A stretch of 64,000 bases of DNA from Vulcanimicrobiales bacterium (GCA_038215615.1 JBBQQR010000010.1:1-64000); one strand, 5' to 3'; positions 27,147 to 36,843 are shown, numbered from the stretch's first letter. Made by a program: numbers and translations. The notes: a model not told the origin generated them from the letters alone.

Positions 27147-29255
27147 CTATTTGGGAGGATGTCCGGCGCCGCCTGCCACCGTCAGCCGCACGCTGCGAAT
27201 GCCGACGGAGCCCGCGGCCGTTACAGGATTCTCCGAACCCGTGCGATTGATCGCGTAGATCGCTTTGAGTGTAAGCGGCTGAGTCAATGCGGCCGGAAAC
27301 CGGAATTGCACGCGCCGCCATCCCTGCCAGTCGATATGTGCGATCGTGTACATAAAGCGCTCGTTGATTGCGTTGTTCACGGCGATGCGCAGCGGTTCTC
27401 CGTTTCCGTCACCGTTAATCTCCGCGCTGATCCCGAGCACTCGCTGCGGCATGGGGATCGAAGTATTTGCGTACGCGGCGCGTTCGGTTGCGGTGAAATC
27501 GTAACTCAGTATCAGGCAATCTTTGCACGTTGGATCCGGATCGGGAACGAGCTGCCCCGGGCCGCCGCGCGGCGCGCTTGCGAAAACCGCCGATGCAAGT
27601 GAGAGCGATTCTTCATGCTCGCCGACCATGATGCGCTGCGCCGCGACGTAACGTCCGAGCTGTAAGGTTACCGTCGCGTCGGTTTTTCCCGCACGGAAAC
27701 TTCCGGAGCTGTCGACCGTCCCGTTTTGCGCGCGCCAAGGCAATACAGCCGGCAACGCGATCGCGAAACCTTCGCGATCGAAGGCGGCGATCGAAAGGCG
27801 CACCCTTCCGCCGGCCGTCAACACCGGATCGCGCGGAGCGATGCGTGTGCGCGCAACCGCTGTCGTGACGGCGACGGGCACGTCCAGATGAATGTCTCCG
27901 CGGCGCACTTGCAAGACGCCGGCGCCGGTCCGGTTTCCGGCGATGAATTGGCCGCCGGCGAAACTCCCTAAACTTCCCGGCTCGACGGTGACGCGAGTCG
28001 CACTCGCATCGGAAGCAGGATGGTCGGCGCGGTCAACGGTTGCGAAGCGGATCGCGACCCTCGCGCCGGGGAATGCGCGAACGGCTTGCGGCCACGCCAC
28101 GACGCGCGACGGCGGACCGGCGGGTGCGTCGCTGTAGACGAACAAGCCGTCGGCGACGCTGCGCTCGGTACCGTCCGAGGGTGAGTTCACAACGCCGGCA
28201 TTTTGGTTTCCCGGCAGGCGAGCGACGATCGTCGAGCTGCCGCCGCCGTCGAATTCCATTCCCGTGCCGGCGCCAAACGCGATCATCAGCGCGGCAAGTT
28301 GCGTTTGCAGTACGCCGATGGAGAGATCGGGCTGGCGGCCATCGATTTGGAAGAAGAGCAAACGTCCGTCGTCGGTGGTCGCAACTCCCGACGCGGGCAC
28401 GTGCGTTGCGAATTCACCGCCCGCCGGACCATCCGGATCGGCATACCAGCGTCCGCTCTTCACCAGCAGCGGGCCGCCGCCGATGGCGGTTTGCACGCCC
28501 GCGAGCGTCGCGTCAGCGTTTGACGTTATCGAGATCGCATCGCCGGGGTTGGGAAGCGGAAACGTGCCGTAGGCGATGGGGCCGATTGCCAAGTAATAAC
28601 CAGCCGGCTGCGTGGCGGAGTTATCCGCGATTCCCGTCACGCGGTAGGTCGCGAACGGCGGATCGCCGCTGACGGGCTGCAATTGCAGCTCCGTGACATT
28701 GGGTGCGGGCTGCAGAACGCCGAACTCGGGGGTTATCAGCACGACGCGGCCGGGAGGCCATTCGTTGATGGTGCGAAGCGGAACGTTTGCCGTTCCGATT
28801 TGGGCCGCGGCGGCGATCGAAAATTCTGCGAAACGTGGAATTTTCTTGGTATCCACGGCAATCGCCCAACGCTGCGAAGGCATGCGTTCCAGGCGGCCGT
28901 TCTGCACGAGAATGTTCAGCGGCGCGTTGGTTTGGTTGATGTCGAAATAATCGCCGTTGACGCCTGCGACTGCGCCGCTGCGCCGAGCCATCGACGAAAC
29001 CGGCTCGCCTTGCGAGACCAGGTGGTCTTGCGCGAGCATCGCTCCGACGCGAACCGTCGGTTCGGTGAGATCGATAGCGACGACGTGCACGGCGAGCGGA
29101 CCATCGGCCGTCAGCATTTCATAATCGCCGTAAGCGACGCCGGGCGCAACCTCGGTGATCGTTGCCGCATCCGTGAAGATGTGCGGGAAAGGCGCGGCGG
29201 GGCGAGGCGCGTGCGGTAGCAGCGCGGCTAGCGCGATTGCAGCGATCAGTGCCAC
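27147..29255 (-). CDS. Secreted phosphodiester glycosidase (NAGPA-like) with Ig-like and carbohydrate-binding-like C-terminal regions
   Basis: GVNGDYF, AIGGGPLLV, IDGRQ, FDGGGSST, NSPSDG.ERSV; signal peptide. Confidence 0.88.
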   Translation of the reverse strand: MALIAAIALAALLPHAPRPAAPFPHIFTDAATITEVAPGVAYGDYEMLTADGPLAVHVVAIDLTEPTVRVGAMLAQDHLVSQGEPVSSMARRSGAVAGVNGDYFDINQTNAPLNILVQNGRLERMPSQRWAIAVDTKKIPRFAEFSIAAAAQIGTANVPLRTINEWPPGRVVLITPEFGVLQPAPNVTELQLQPVSGDPPFATYRVTGIADNSATQPAGYYLAIGPIAYGTFPLPNPGDAISITSNADATLAGVQTAIGGGPLLVKSGRWYADPDGPAGGEFATHVPASGVATTDDGRLLFFQIDGRQPDLSIGVLQTQLAALMIAFGAGTGMEFDGGGSSTIVARLPGNQNAGVVNSPSDGTERSVADGLFVYSDAPAGPPSRVVAWPQAVRAFPGARVAIRFATVDRADHPASDASATRVTVEPGSLGSFAGGQFIAGNRTGAGVLQVRRGDIHLDVPVAVTTAVARTRIAPRDPVLTAGGRVRLSIAAFDREGFAIALPAVLPWRAQNGTVDSSGSFRAGKTDATVTLQLGRYVAAQRIMVGEHEESLSLASAVFASAPRGGPGQLVPDPDPTCKDCLILSYDFTATERAAYANTSIPMPQRVLGISAEINGDGNGEPLRIAVNNAINERFMYTIAHIDWQGWRRVQFRFPAALTQPLTLKAIYAINRTGSENPVTAAGSVGIRSVRLTVAGGAGHPPK

Positions 29256-30457
29256 GTTGCGACGCTCAGGGGATAGCCGCTCGTCGGAAAAGGTGCGCCG
29301 GGCACGCGCTTCAGCGTGGCGAGCGAAAACACATCGACCCGATCTTCGCGCGCGCACGGAACGTATAGGCGCCCGCCGGAAACGCGCGGGCGCCACGGCG
29401 TGCTGCACGTTTGCAGCGGAGCGCGTACGGGGCGCAGCGTCGCTGCATTCAGTACGTACACGACGCTGTCGGCTTCGTCGGTAACGAAGACGCGTTTTGA
29501 TTGCGGATCGAACGCCGCGCCGAGCGGAAATTTCAAATGAAGGCTCCGCGTGACGACATGCGGCGAAGCTTCATTTAATGCGATGGCGGCGACGAACCCG
29601 CCGCCGGGCGTCATCGACGGGCTCACGTTCGAGACGACGAAGAGCCGGCGGCCGCGCTCATCGAGGGCGACGCCAAATGGCCGCTCGGGCGCGGGAATGT
29701 GCTGCAACACACGCATGGCTTGCGTATCTACGGCGGCGATCGAATTGTCGTTGACGTTGCTGACATAAGCGATATGCCGGGATGAATCCAGTACGATGCC
29801 CTCGGCGGTGACGCCCGTTATGACGCGGGTCACTGACCCGTCGGGCGTTATGCGCGTCAGCGCGCCCTGCCCTTGGACGTCGCGGTCGCTCACGAAAACG
29901 TTGCCGGCGGGGTCGACGGCGACTTCGTTGCCAACGTTGACTCCGGAAATGTTTGTGATTCGCCATGGATTGCGGCCGATGCGCGTGAGCGTATCTCCGT
30001 CGGTATCCGCCGTCACGATCGAACCATCCGGAAGGAAGGCAACGTCAGCCGGCGCTCCGGCGATCGCGAAGTTTCCGAGCGGCGCGAAGGTGCGCTCGTC
30101 GTGAAGTGCGATCCCTCCGCGGTAGGTTGCGACCGCGATCACGTGCGCTGAAGTAGGCGGCGGAACCGTACGGATTGCGGCATAGGCAACAGCGCCCGAG
30201 GAAGCACCGACAATCGTCGTCCACATGGGGCGGGTCACTTGCGGCGCGACGAACGTATCGCGTTCGATCTTTCCCGGCCCCAAAATCGAAAGCGTGTACG
30301 CGCCGCTGGCGCCTTCGGCGGAAACGTGCACGCGGCTGCCGGCGAAATACGATCCCGCGGGCACGTGTAGACGAAACGTGCCAAGGCTTGGCGGCGCGCG
30401 GTGCGGCACCGTCCCCAGCAGAAAGAGAAAGGCGAGCGCGCTAACGCGCGTGAGCAT
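29246..30457 (-). CDS. Secreted YncE/YVTN-like beta-propeller protein
   Basis: Repeated P.GV/EGI...YV/FV blades; signal peptide. Confidence 0.8.
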   Translation of the reverse strand: MLTRVSALAFLFLLGTVPHRAPPSLGTFRLHVPAGSYFAGSRVHVSAEGASGAYTLSILGPGKIERDTFVAPQVTRPMWTTIVGASSGAVAYAAIRTVPPPTSAHVIAVATYRGGIALHDERTFAPLGNFAIAGAPADVAFLPDGSIVTADTDGDTLTRIGRNPWRITNISGVNVGNEVAVDPAGNVFVSDRDVQGQGALTRITPDGSVTRVITGVTAEGIVLDSSRHIAYVSNVNDNSIAAVDTQAMRVLQHIPAPERPFGVALDERGRRLFVVSNVSPSMTPGGGFVAAIALNEASPHVVTRSLHLKFPLGAAFDPQSKRVFVTDEADSVVYVLNAATLRPVRAPLQTCSTPWRPRVSGGRLYVPCAREDRVDVFSLATLKRVPGAPFPTSGYPLSVATWH

Positions 30458-31700
30458 GCGCGCGTTCGAGTCCGGCGAGGATGTCGGTGCCGGGGGCGAC
30501 AAGCGTTTGCCGCGTGCGCGCGGGGTCGAAAGTGAAACTTGCGACCTTGTAATTATCAAACGTGCCGCAAACGATCTGACCGTCGGGATCGACGGCGTAC
30601 GCCCGTCCGCTCCGATCGAACACAACGACGTACATGCGCAATTCTATCGCTCTTGCTCGCGCAAAGCGTATTTGCCAGCCGTCGTCGCTGTGTGTAATCC
30701 ACGCGGCCAAGTCTACGCCGGCCAGCCTGTATGCTGCAAGCCCGCCCGGATCGAAGACGGTCTCGTCTGAGACGCAGGCGACTCGCTCGGCGGCCGTGGC
30801 CGGAGTGAGGATCGCGTCGGCTTCCAAAATATTCAGCAGGTCGCTATCGCCCGCATACGATTCGTCCATCGAAACCGCGAGCCGCGTGGAGCGCTCGATT
30901 CGTGCCGCGCTCGAAGCCGCACGCAGGTCGCTCGCTCGCCGCGGCTGCATGGCGCCAACTTCGATTTCGGCCGAAACGATCTCGGGATTCGTTTCGGACG
31001 CCAGGCCGGCAATCGCACCATCGGCGGAAACGATCTGGCTCTTGCCGCAGTACGCGACGCACTCCAGCTCGACGCCGCACTTGTTCGCGGCTACGAACGG
31101 CACACCGTTCTCGCGCGCGCGCACGCGCGCCAGCAGATCGGCTTGGATGTTCTCCAAATTGCCAGGATCGCGGCCGCTGGTCACCCAGGCGGTAGGCATT
31201 ACCAATATCTCGGCTCCGCGATCGACGAGCGCTCGGGCAATCGTCGGAATCCGGCCGTCGGCGCAAATCAGGACACCCAAGGTACCGAGCGACGTGCTAA
31301 GCGGCTTCAGCTCTTCGGCCGGCGCGAACCACTGCCGGTCGAAGTGCCAGAGGAAGTGCTTGTCGGCGCTCCCGGCAATCTCTCCGCCCGTATCGAATAC
31401 GATCGCGCTGTTGTAAACGCGGCCTTCGTGCGCGCGGGCCGCGCCCATAACGAGTACGATCTGGAGTTCGCGCGCCAGGTTGCCGCACTCGGTGAGAGCG
31501 GCTGCGATTTCGGCTTGTTCGAACGGCCGGCGCCCGAGCACGTACGCCGGCAGCGTTCCCTCCGGCAGCACGACCAGCTGCGCGCCCGACTCCGCCGAAG
31601 CGCGAATTCGCCCTGCGATTTCCGGCCACGCCCGCGCCAGCGAAGCACGATCGTGAGCTAAGAGTTGGATCGCGCAGACCTTCACGTGGCGGCGGTTCAT
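30441..31700 (-). CDS. Carbon-nitrogen hydrolase (nitrilase family) with C-terminal extension
   Basis: LPE, K and ICAD catalytic-triad motifs; RAREN; GKSQI. Confidence 0.88.
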   Translation of the reverse strand: MNRRHVKVCAIQLLAHDRASLARAWPEIAGRIRASAESGAQLVVLPEGTLPAYVLGRRPFEQAEIAAALTECGNLARELQIVLVMGAARAHEGRVYNSAIVFDTGGEIAGSADKHFLWHFDRQWFAPAEELKPLSTSLGTLGVLICADGRIPTIARALVDRGAEILVMPTAWVTSGRDPGNLENIQADLLARVRARENGVPFVAANKCGVELECVAYCGKSQIVSADGAIAGLASETNPEIVSAEIEVGAMQPRRASDLRAASSAARIERSTRLAVSMDESYAGDSDLLNILEADAILTPATAAERVACVSDETVFDPGGLAAYRLAGVDLAAWITHSDDGWQIRFARARAIELRMYVVVFDRSGRAYAVDPDGQIVCGTFDNYKVASFTFDPARTRQTLVAPGTDILAGLERAHAHAR

Positions 31701-31822
31701 GGTGCTGCAAGGGTGTTTGCAGCCGTGGCTACCCTTCCTGTTTGCTTGGAGAGGAACGTAAGCGACTAAAAGCCGGGCAAACCGCGGCCGAAGCCTTGTG
31801 TGGGGAGAAAAGGAGCGGCGCT

Positions 31823-32284
31823 ATGCGCTTACATCGCTTTCTGTTTATCCTAACAGCTTTATCTCTGTTGGCGTTTACCACGCCGCAGCCGGCATTTTCG
31901 GCGACGCATGTAGCGATGGCCAGGTTCACGTCGCGCGTCGCGCCGGCCGATGAGTACTTCGGCCGTTTGAAAATGAGCATTCTCGGAATCCGAAACGAAC
32001 TGCGCGACCTTGACCAACGCTTGACCTACTCGCCCGACGCCGGCGCCAGTTCCCTGGGAACCGCGCTCTTCGTTGAAAACGCGATCCGCGACTGGGAAGC
32101 CAAGTACCCGGCCGACCCGTGGCTTGCACGCAGCGTCTATCAGCTGACGCACGTGTACGCGAAGATCCATACCGCCGGCGGCCGCGAAAAAGCCGTGAAC
32201 GCGCTGCACTGGCTGGTCAGCCGCTATCACGGCTCGGCATTCTGTACTGTCGCGCAAACTGAGGTGGGAAGCGCTCTGAAGTAA
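31823..32284 (+). CDS. Secreted helical protein with APADEYFGRLKMS motif
   Basis: AGGAG RBS, signal peptide, paralogous to the next gene. Confidence 0.8.
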   Translation: MRLHRFLFILTALSLLAFTTPQPAFSATHVAMARFTSRVAPADEYFGRLKMSILGIRNELRDLDQRLTYSPDAGASSLGTALFVENAIRDWEAKYPADPWLARSVYQLTHVYAKIHTAGGREKAVNALHWLVSRYHGSAFCTVAQTEVGSALK

Positions 32285-32299
32285 GCGAACTGGACGCGG

Positions 32300-33172
32300 G
32301 TGATGAAGAGCCGCTCTACCGCCATATCTCTTTTAGCTGCCGCCGCGGCAGCTTGCGTTCTGGGTTCCGTAGCAGCGGCGCCGACCTCGAAACCGCCGGC
32401 GAAACCGGCCCCCAAAGGGCCTAAGCAACCGGCGGTTTCGAAATTCAGGCAGCACCAGCTCGACATGATGAAAGTCTCCGCCCCGGGTGACGAATATTTC
32501 GGACGGCTCAAACTGAGCTACCTCGGGATCAACAACACGTTCCGCGACGAATCCATCCGCGCCGGCGCCTACACGACCGATTCACACATTATTTCACAGG
32601 TCGATTTCGCGGAAGACGCGTTGCGTGGCTGGGCCAACCATTATCCGAAGGATCCTCAGCTCGCCCGTTCCTATTTTCTGGCTTACGCGATGTACCGCAA
32701 AGTCTGGACGCAGCCCGGCCAGACCAAGGCGTGGCAGTATTTGCACATTATCGAACAGCGCTTTCCTTCGAGCTACTACGGAAAGCTCATCAAAAAAGAT
32801 CTCGTCGGATTCACCGAGCATTACTTCATGGAGCCGCAGCCGTGCCCGTCGCCCGAGCCGACGCTCTCGCCCGGTGCCCGCCGCCCGCCGCCGACACCAA
32901 GCCCTACGCCTTCCCCGGTTCCCACGCCGACTGCAAGTCCGGCTCCCGGACAGCCGATAGTAGAAGTGCTCCCGGTTCCGTGTTACACGCCGACTCCGCC
33001 GACGCCGTCGCCAACGCCGGTACCGACAATCAGTCCGAGCGCAGCGCCGACCGCGCTACCGAGCCCATTGCCGACGGGATTGCTGACACCGACGCCATTG
33101 CCATCGGCACATCCGTCGTTAACGCCATCGCCGTCTCCAACGCGTACGCCGTTAGTGAAGCGAAGGCGTTAG
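32300..33172 (+). CDS. Secreted helical protein with APGDEYFGRLKLS motif and Pro/Thr-rich tail
   Basis: Signal peptide, motifs shared with the upstream gene, PTPSP repeats. Confidence 0.8.
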   Translation: MMKSRSTAISLLAAAAAACVLGSVAAAPTSKPPAKPAPKGPKQPAVSKFRQHQLDMMKVSAPGDEYFGRLKLSYLGINNTFRDESIRAGAYTTDSHIISQVDFAEDALRGWANHYPKDPQLARSYFLAYAMYRKVWTQPGQTKAWQYLHIIEQRFPSSYYGKLIKKDLVGFTEHYFMEPQPCPSPEPTLSPGARRPPPTPSPTPSPVPTPTASPAPGQPIVEVLPVPCYTPTPPTPSPTPVPTISPSAAPTALPSPLPTGLLTPTPLPSAHPSLTPSPSPTRTPLVKRRR

Positions 33173-33180
33173 TCTTCAGA

Positions 33181-33338
33181 AACCGGTAGGCGGGAGCAAG
33201 GCCGCGGAATCTCTGACATTTTCGCCCTGCCATGGATGGCAGCTTCAAAACTTGTTTTGCGAAAATGCGGCGAAGCCGCAAAATTACATGGACGTCATTT
33301 TGCGAGCGGTTTCGCGGCCTTGCTCCCGCCTACCGGTT
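33181..33338. repeat. 158-bp structured element with perfect 26-bp terminal inverted repeats (MITE/REP-like or ncRNA)
   Basis: AACCGGTAGGCGGGAGCAAGGCCGCG at 33181-33206 with its exact reverse complement at 33313-33338; several internal hairpins. Confidence 0.8.
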
Positions 33339-33350
33339 GCCAAGGCTAAC

Positions 33351-33381
33351 AAAAGAGCCCCGGCTTTCGCCGGGGCTCTTT
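33351..33381. terminator. Intrinsic, probably bidirectional, terminator
   Basis: AAAAGAGCCCCGGC-TTTC-GCCGGGGCTCTTT between convergent genes. Confidence 0.85.
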
Positions 33382-33403
33382 CTTATCTAAGTCTCTTACG
33401 AGA

Positions 33404-34777
33404 TTAGAACTTCAGACCTAACCCACCGTATGCACCCGTGTAGCTGTAATCTGCCGGTGCATTCTGCTTATTCCGCCCGTTGCTTCCGAGGAAGCCGAAC
33501 TCGATAAACACTGGAACGTTGGGGCCGAACGTAAACGCTCCGCCGATATCCCAGCGATAGACGTTGTACGCAAGCGTGTAAGGTCCGGGTGAAGCGCACC
33601 CAAGCGCGAGGCACCCAGTGCCGTTCCCTTGCACGTTAGGATAGTAGTAAAAGCTTCCGTACCACGTGAAGCCTTGGTCGAGGTCAGGCAGTTTCTCTAC
33701 GCCGACGCCAAAGTTACCAAGTTTGGGATATCCGTAGTTACTGGATTTCCATAGGTAACCTACGCCGATGTAGATACGCGGATCCAGAACCTTGAGCCCG
33801 ATGCGTGCATCGCCCGTGTATTCGCGCGCGATAAACGCTGGAACGAAGGTCATGAAGTTTCCGCCGATCGCGGTCACGCATCCGGTGTCTCCCGGGGCTG
33901 CGCGCCCGGCCGTGCTGTTACAGATCTGGCCGGCATTCGCAGGCGTCGTATTGACGCCTTGATTGTGTGGATAGTTGAATTGCCGGTAGTCGCCTTCGAT
34001 CATCCAGGGCAGGTTGATGAGATTGAACTCCCACGCGCCATGAATGCGATATGAGAAACCACCTTGCGTGTTCGTACCGGTGTTGCCCGGGCTGAACTCG
34101 TTGTACACCTTCGGCGAAATGATGTAGTCGCCGGCGATGAAGTGGTCCATGTACGGCGGCGGCACGGGTGACGGCGTTACCACCGGCACGGGTGACGGAG
34201 CCATTGTTGCGGGCGGCGGAGGCGGCGTCGGCGGTAGGTAGCGGACTACAACAAGACGTTTGTCCGGAACCCATTGGACGTACGCGCCCATGCCCTCAGA
34301 GATGACACGGACCGGAACGACGACATGCCCTTGGTAGATCTCGGGCGGTACGTCCAGGGGACGCGTTTCGCCGTTGATCACGACCTCGGGTTTGCCGACG
34401 GTCACTTTTACGTCCGAGCCGGGCTTGGTGACGTCGACCGTCTTGGACGCAGGGTCGTACGCGACCGTTGCACCCATTTGCTCGAACATCGAACGTAACG
34501 GAATGAGAATGGTACCACCACGCACGAGCGCTGCCAGTACGCGGCCCTGTTTGAGCTCGTCCGGTTTTGCGTAGACGTGATGATCGTTATAGAGAATCGG
34601 AATTTGGCCGGACGGCGGGGAACCGAAGTTCATCGGCGGCGGAGCCGGGCTAGCCTGTGCGACCACGTTTGTTCCTAAGTTTCCATGCGATCCAGGCTGC
34701 GACGGAGCTGCCACCGCGCTAAGTCCCAAGCCGGCCGTTAACAACGCGGCGAGGACTCCGGTGCTCAGTCGTTTCAA
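33404..34777 (-). CDS. Copper-amine-oxidase N-terminal-like domain fused to a putative outer-membrane beta-barrel
   Basis: Signal peptide; LIPLRSMFEQMGATV and VPVRVISEGMGAYV repeats; Pro linker; aromatic-rich amphipathic strands ending GLGLKF; GGAGG RBS. Confidence 0.8.
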   Translation of the reverse strand: MKRLSTGVLAALLTAGLGLSAVAAPSQPGSHGNLGTNVVAQASPAPPPMNFGSPPSGQIPILYNDHHVYAKPDELKQGRVLAALVRGGTILIPLRSMFEQMGATVAYDPASKTVDVTKPGSDVKVTVGKPEVVINGETRPLDVPPEIYQGHVVVPVRVISEGMGAYVQWVPDKRLVVVRYLPPTPPPPPATMAPSPVPVVTPSPVPPPYMDHFIAGDYIISPKVYNEFSPGNTGTNTQGGFSYRIHGAWEFNLINLPWMIEGDYRQFNYPHNQGVNTTPANAGQICNSTAGRAAPGDTGCVTAIGGNFMTFVPAFIAREYTGDARIGLKVLDPRIYIGVGYLWKSSNYGYPKLGNFGVGVEKLPDLDQGFTWYGSFYYYPNVQGNGTGCLALGCASPGPYTLAYNVYRWDIGGAFTFGPNVPVFIEFGFLGSNGRNKQNAPADYSYTGAYGGLGLKF

Positions 34778-35017
34778 GATTTCCTCCTAGCTAGAATGAG
34801 GAGCTCGGTTTGCCTGGGCTGGCGCGGTTTTATCCGTACCTCCTGCCGCGAACCAAGCGTGGGTTTCGTCGCAGGGTTACCCAAGTGCAAGCAAAGCTAA
34901 TCGTTTCAGGGGGCCGGGTTGCCCCCCCTTCAGTATAAGCGAGTACGGGCTTGCTGGTCGGCTACCTTTAACGCCGACCCCGCCCGGGGCCCGGTCCCTT
35001 TGTTTATAAAGGTAGCG

Positions 35018-35413
35018 TTAAGTGAGCTTCTCTTCAAGCTTTGAGCGAAATTTTGTTCGATCCATGACGTACCGCTCGTGGGTTCCCTCGGCCACAGCCT
35101 CCTGTTCGTCGAAGACCCGGACCGAAAAACTGACCCGGGGGCCGTCGACCAGCACCACCTCCACCTCGGTCCTTAAGATGAACCCGACCGGGACGGGGGA
35201 CTTGTGCTCGAGGTCAATATGGGTGGCCAGGCTTACCTGGTTCTCTCCCAGCGTGGGAGCCAGGCAGGCCATGGCGGCGTCTTCGACCAGCTGAACCATG
35301 GTTGGGGTCGAAAGGGCGTCGACGCCCTTATTGCCGGCCTTTTCTGCGGTCATCCACTCTTCGACACGGCTCTGCCTGCTGTACGTGCGGCCGATCTCGA
35401 GTTTGGCGCCCAT
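35018..35413 (-). CDS. Hot-dog thioesterase (FlK-like)
   Basis: LSTP.M...E.AA, EH..PVPVG, EGTHER. Confidence 0.85.
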   Translation of the reverse strand: MGAKLEIGRTYSRQSRVEEWMTAEKAGNKGVDALSTPTMVQLVEDAAMACLAPTLGENQVSLATHIDLEHKSPVPVGFILRTEVEVVLVDGPRVSFSVRVFDEQEAVAEGTHERYVMDRTKFRSKLEEKLT

Positions 35414-35541
35414 GGCTAGGATGTTGTACCACGCAAAGCCTCCGGCTCCCCGGTCCCGGCAACGGGAGGAAGGGCAGACGGTTTTAAGGTGCGATACGTA
35501 CTCTTTGAATCAAACCACTACGATCTCCGTATAAAAGAAGA

Positions 35542-36840
35542 ATGAAAGCAAAAAGCCTCACGATATTCGCTATGGCCTTCACGCTGGCCGCATGCGGCGG
35601 CGGCGGTCAGCAGAAACGCGGACCGACCGCTTTGGACGTCGACGTCTCGCAAGCGCAGCGCCGTACGATTGCGACCTACATCACTTTGGACGGTCAAGTC
35701 TCGCCGTTGGAAGACTCGACGCTCTCGTTCCAGCAATCCGGGCCCGTTTCGGCGGTCTACGTGAATCAGGGCGATCGGGTAAGCGCCGGCGAGCTGCTAG
35801 CGCGGATCGATGATTCCACGCTGCGCGCACAGCTCGCGCAAGACGAAGCGCTGATCTCGCAAGCGTCGGCGCGCGCGCAATCTTCAGCGATGAACGTGCC
35901 GATCGTTTCGTCGCAGACATCGGACGCAGCGCGTTCGGCAAAAGCCGCGCTCGACAACGCGCAGTTGACCTACAACCAAGATCAGCAGCTCTTTAAGCAG
36001 GGTTACGTTTCGCAGTCGCAACTCGTGCAGGCGCGTTCATCCTATATTTCCGCGCAGACGCAATATCAGTCGGCCGTCGCGAACCGGCAATCGACCGGCG
36101 TGTCGAGTTCCAACGCCGCGGCCGATCGCGCGGCGGTGCAATCGGCGCAGGCGCAAGCCAACACGCTGCAAACGATGATTGGCCAGACCGCGCTTTACGC
36201 GCCGTTCGACGGCGTCGTCACGGCTCGCATGCTCGATCCGGGCGCGATGGCGAGTCCGGGAACTCCGGCACTGCGCGTGAGCAAGATCGATACGGTGTGG
36301 ATTAACGTCAACGTTCCCGATGAAGATTTACCGTACGTCCATGCAGGCACGCCGGTAACGTTCACGACCGGTGCGGGCGGCCCGCGCTTTACCGCGCGCG
36401 TCAATGCGGTCAACGCCGTGCCGACACAAGGCACGCTGTCATATCAGGCTCGTATCCGCCAAGTGAATCCGGGTAACGCACTGCGCGGCGGAATGCTCGT
36501 CAGCGTGACCGTGCAGCAGGCGCGTCACAACAATGCGATCGTCGTGCCGCGCCAAGCGGTGGCGCAATCGGATCGTGGAACTGCGGTGTTTGTGGTGGGC
36601 GCCGACAAGAAAGCAAAAGAAGTGCCCGTGCAAGTCGGCTTACAAACCGACACGCTGAGTGAAGTGCGCAGTCCGCTGGTTACGGCGGGAACGACGGTCG
36701 TTACGACGCGTCCCGACGCGCTGCAAGACGGCAGCTTGGTGGCGTACGGTTCGACGGGTGCGGCCGGTCCGCAGCCGGGCGCCGCCGGAGGCGCAAAGCC
36801 GCCGGCAGGCGGACAGACTCACCGCAAGCGGACGCAGTAG
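35542..36840 (+). CDS. Efflux membrane-fusion (periplasmic adaptor) lipoprotein
   Basis: Lipobox LAAC; VNQGDRVSAGELLA; coiled hairpin; APFDGVV. Confidence 0.92.
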   Translation: MKAKSLTIFAMAFTLAACGGGGQQKRGPTALDVDVSQAQRRTIATYITLDGQVSPLEDSTLSFQQSGPVSAVYVNQGDRVSAGELLARIDDSTLRAQLAQDEALISQASARAQSSAMNVPIVSSQTSDAARSAKAALDNAQLTYNQDQQLFKQGYVSQSQLVQARSSYISAQTQYQSAVANRQSTGVSSSNAAADRAAVQSAQAQANTLQTMIGQTALYAPFDGVVTARMLDPGAMASPGTPALRVSKIDTVWINVNVPDEDLPYVHAGTPVTFTTGAGGPRFTARVNAVNAVPTQGTLSYQARIRQVNPGNALRGGMLVSVTVQQARHNNAIVVPRQAVAQSDRGTAVFVVGADKKAKEVPVQVGLQTDTLSEVRSPLVTAGTTVVTTRPDALQDGSLVAYGSTGAAGPQPGAAGGAKPPAGGQTHRKRTQ

Positions 36841-36843
36841 CCG

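Noticed and set aside
32840..33150. Short CCG/ACG-rich repeats resembling a tandem array or CRISPR
   Set aside because: Coding Pro/Thr low-complexity sequence with no fixed repeat-spacer period
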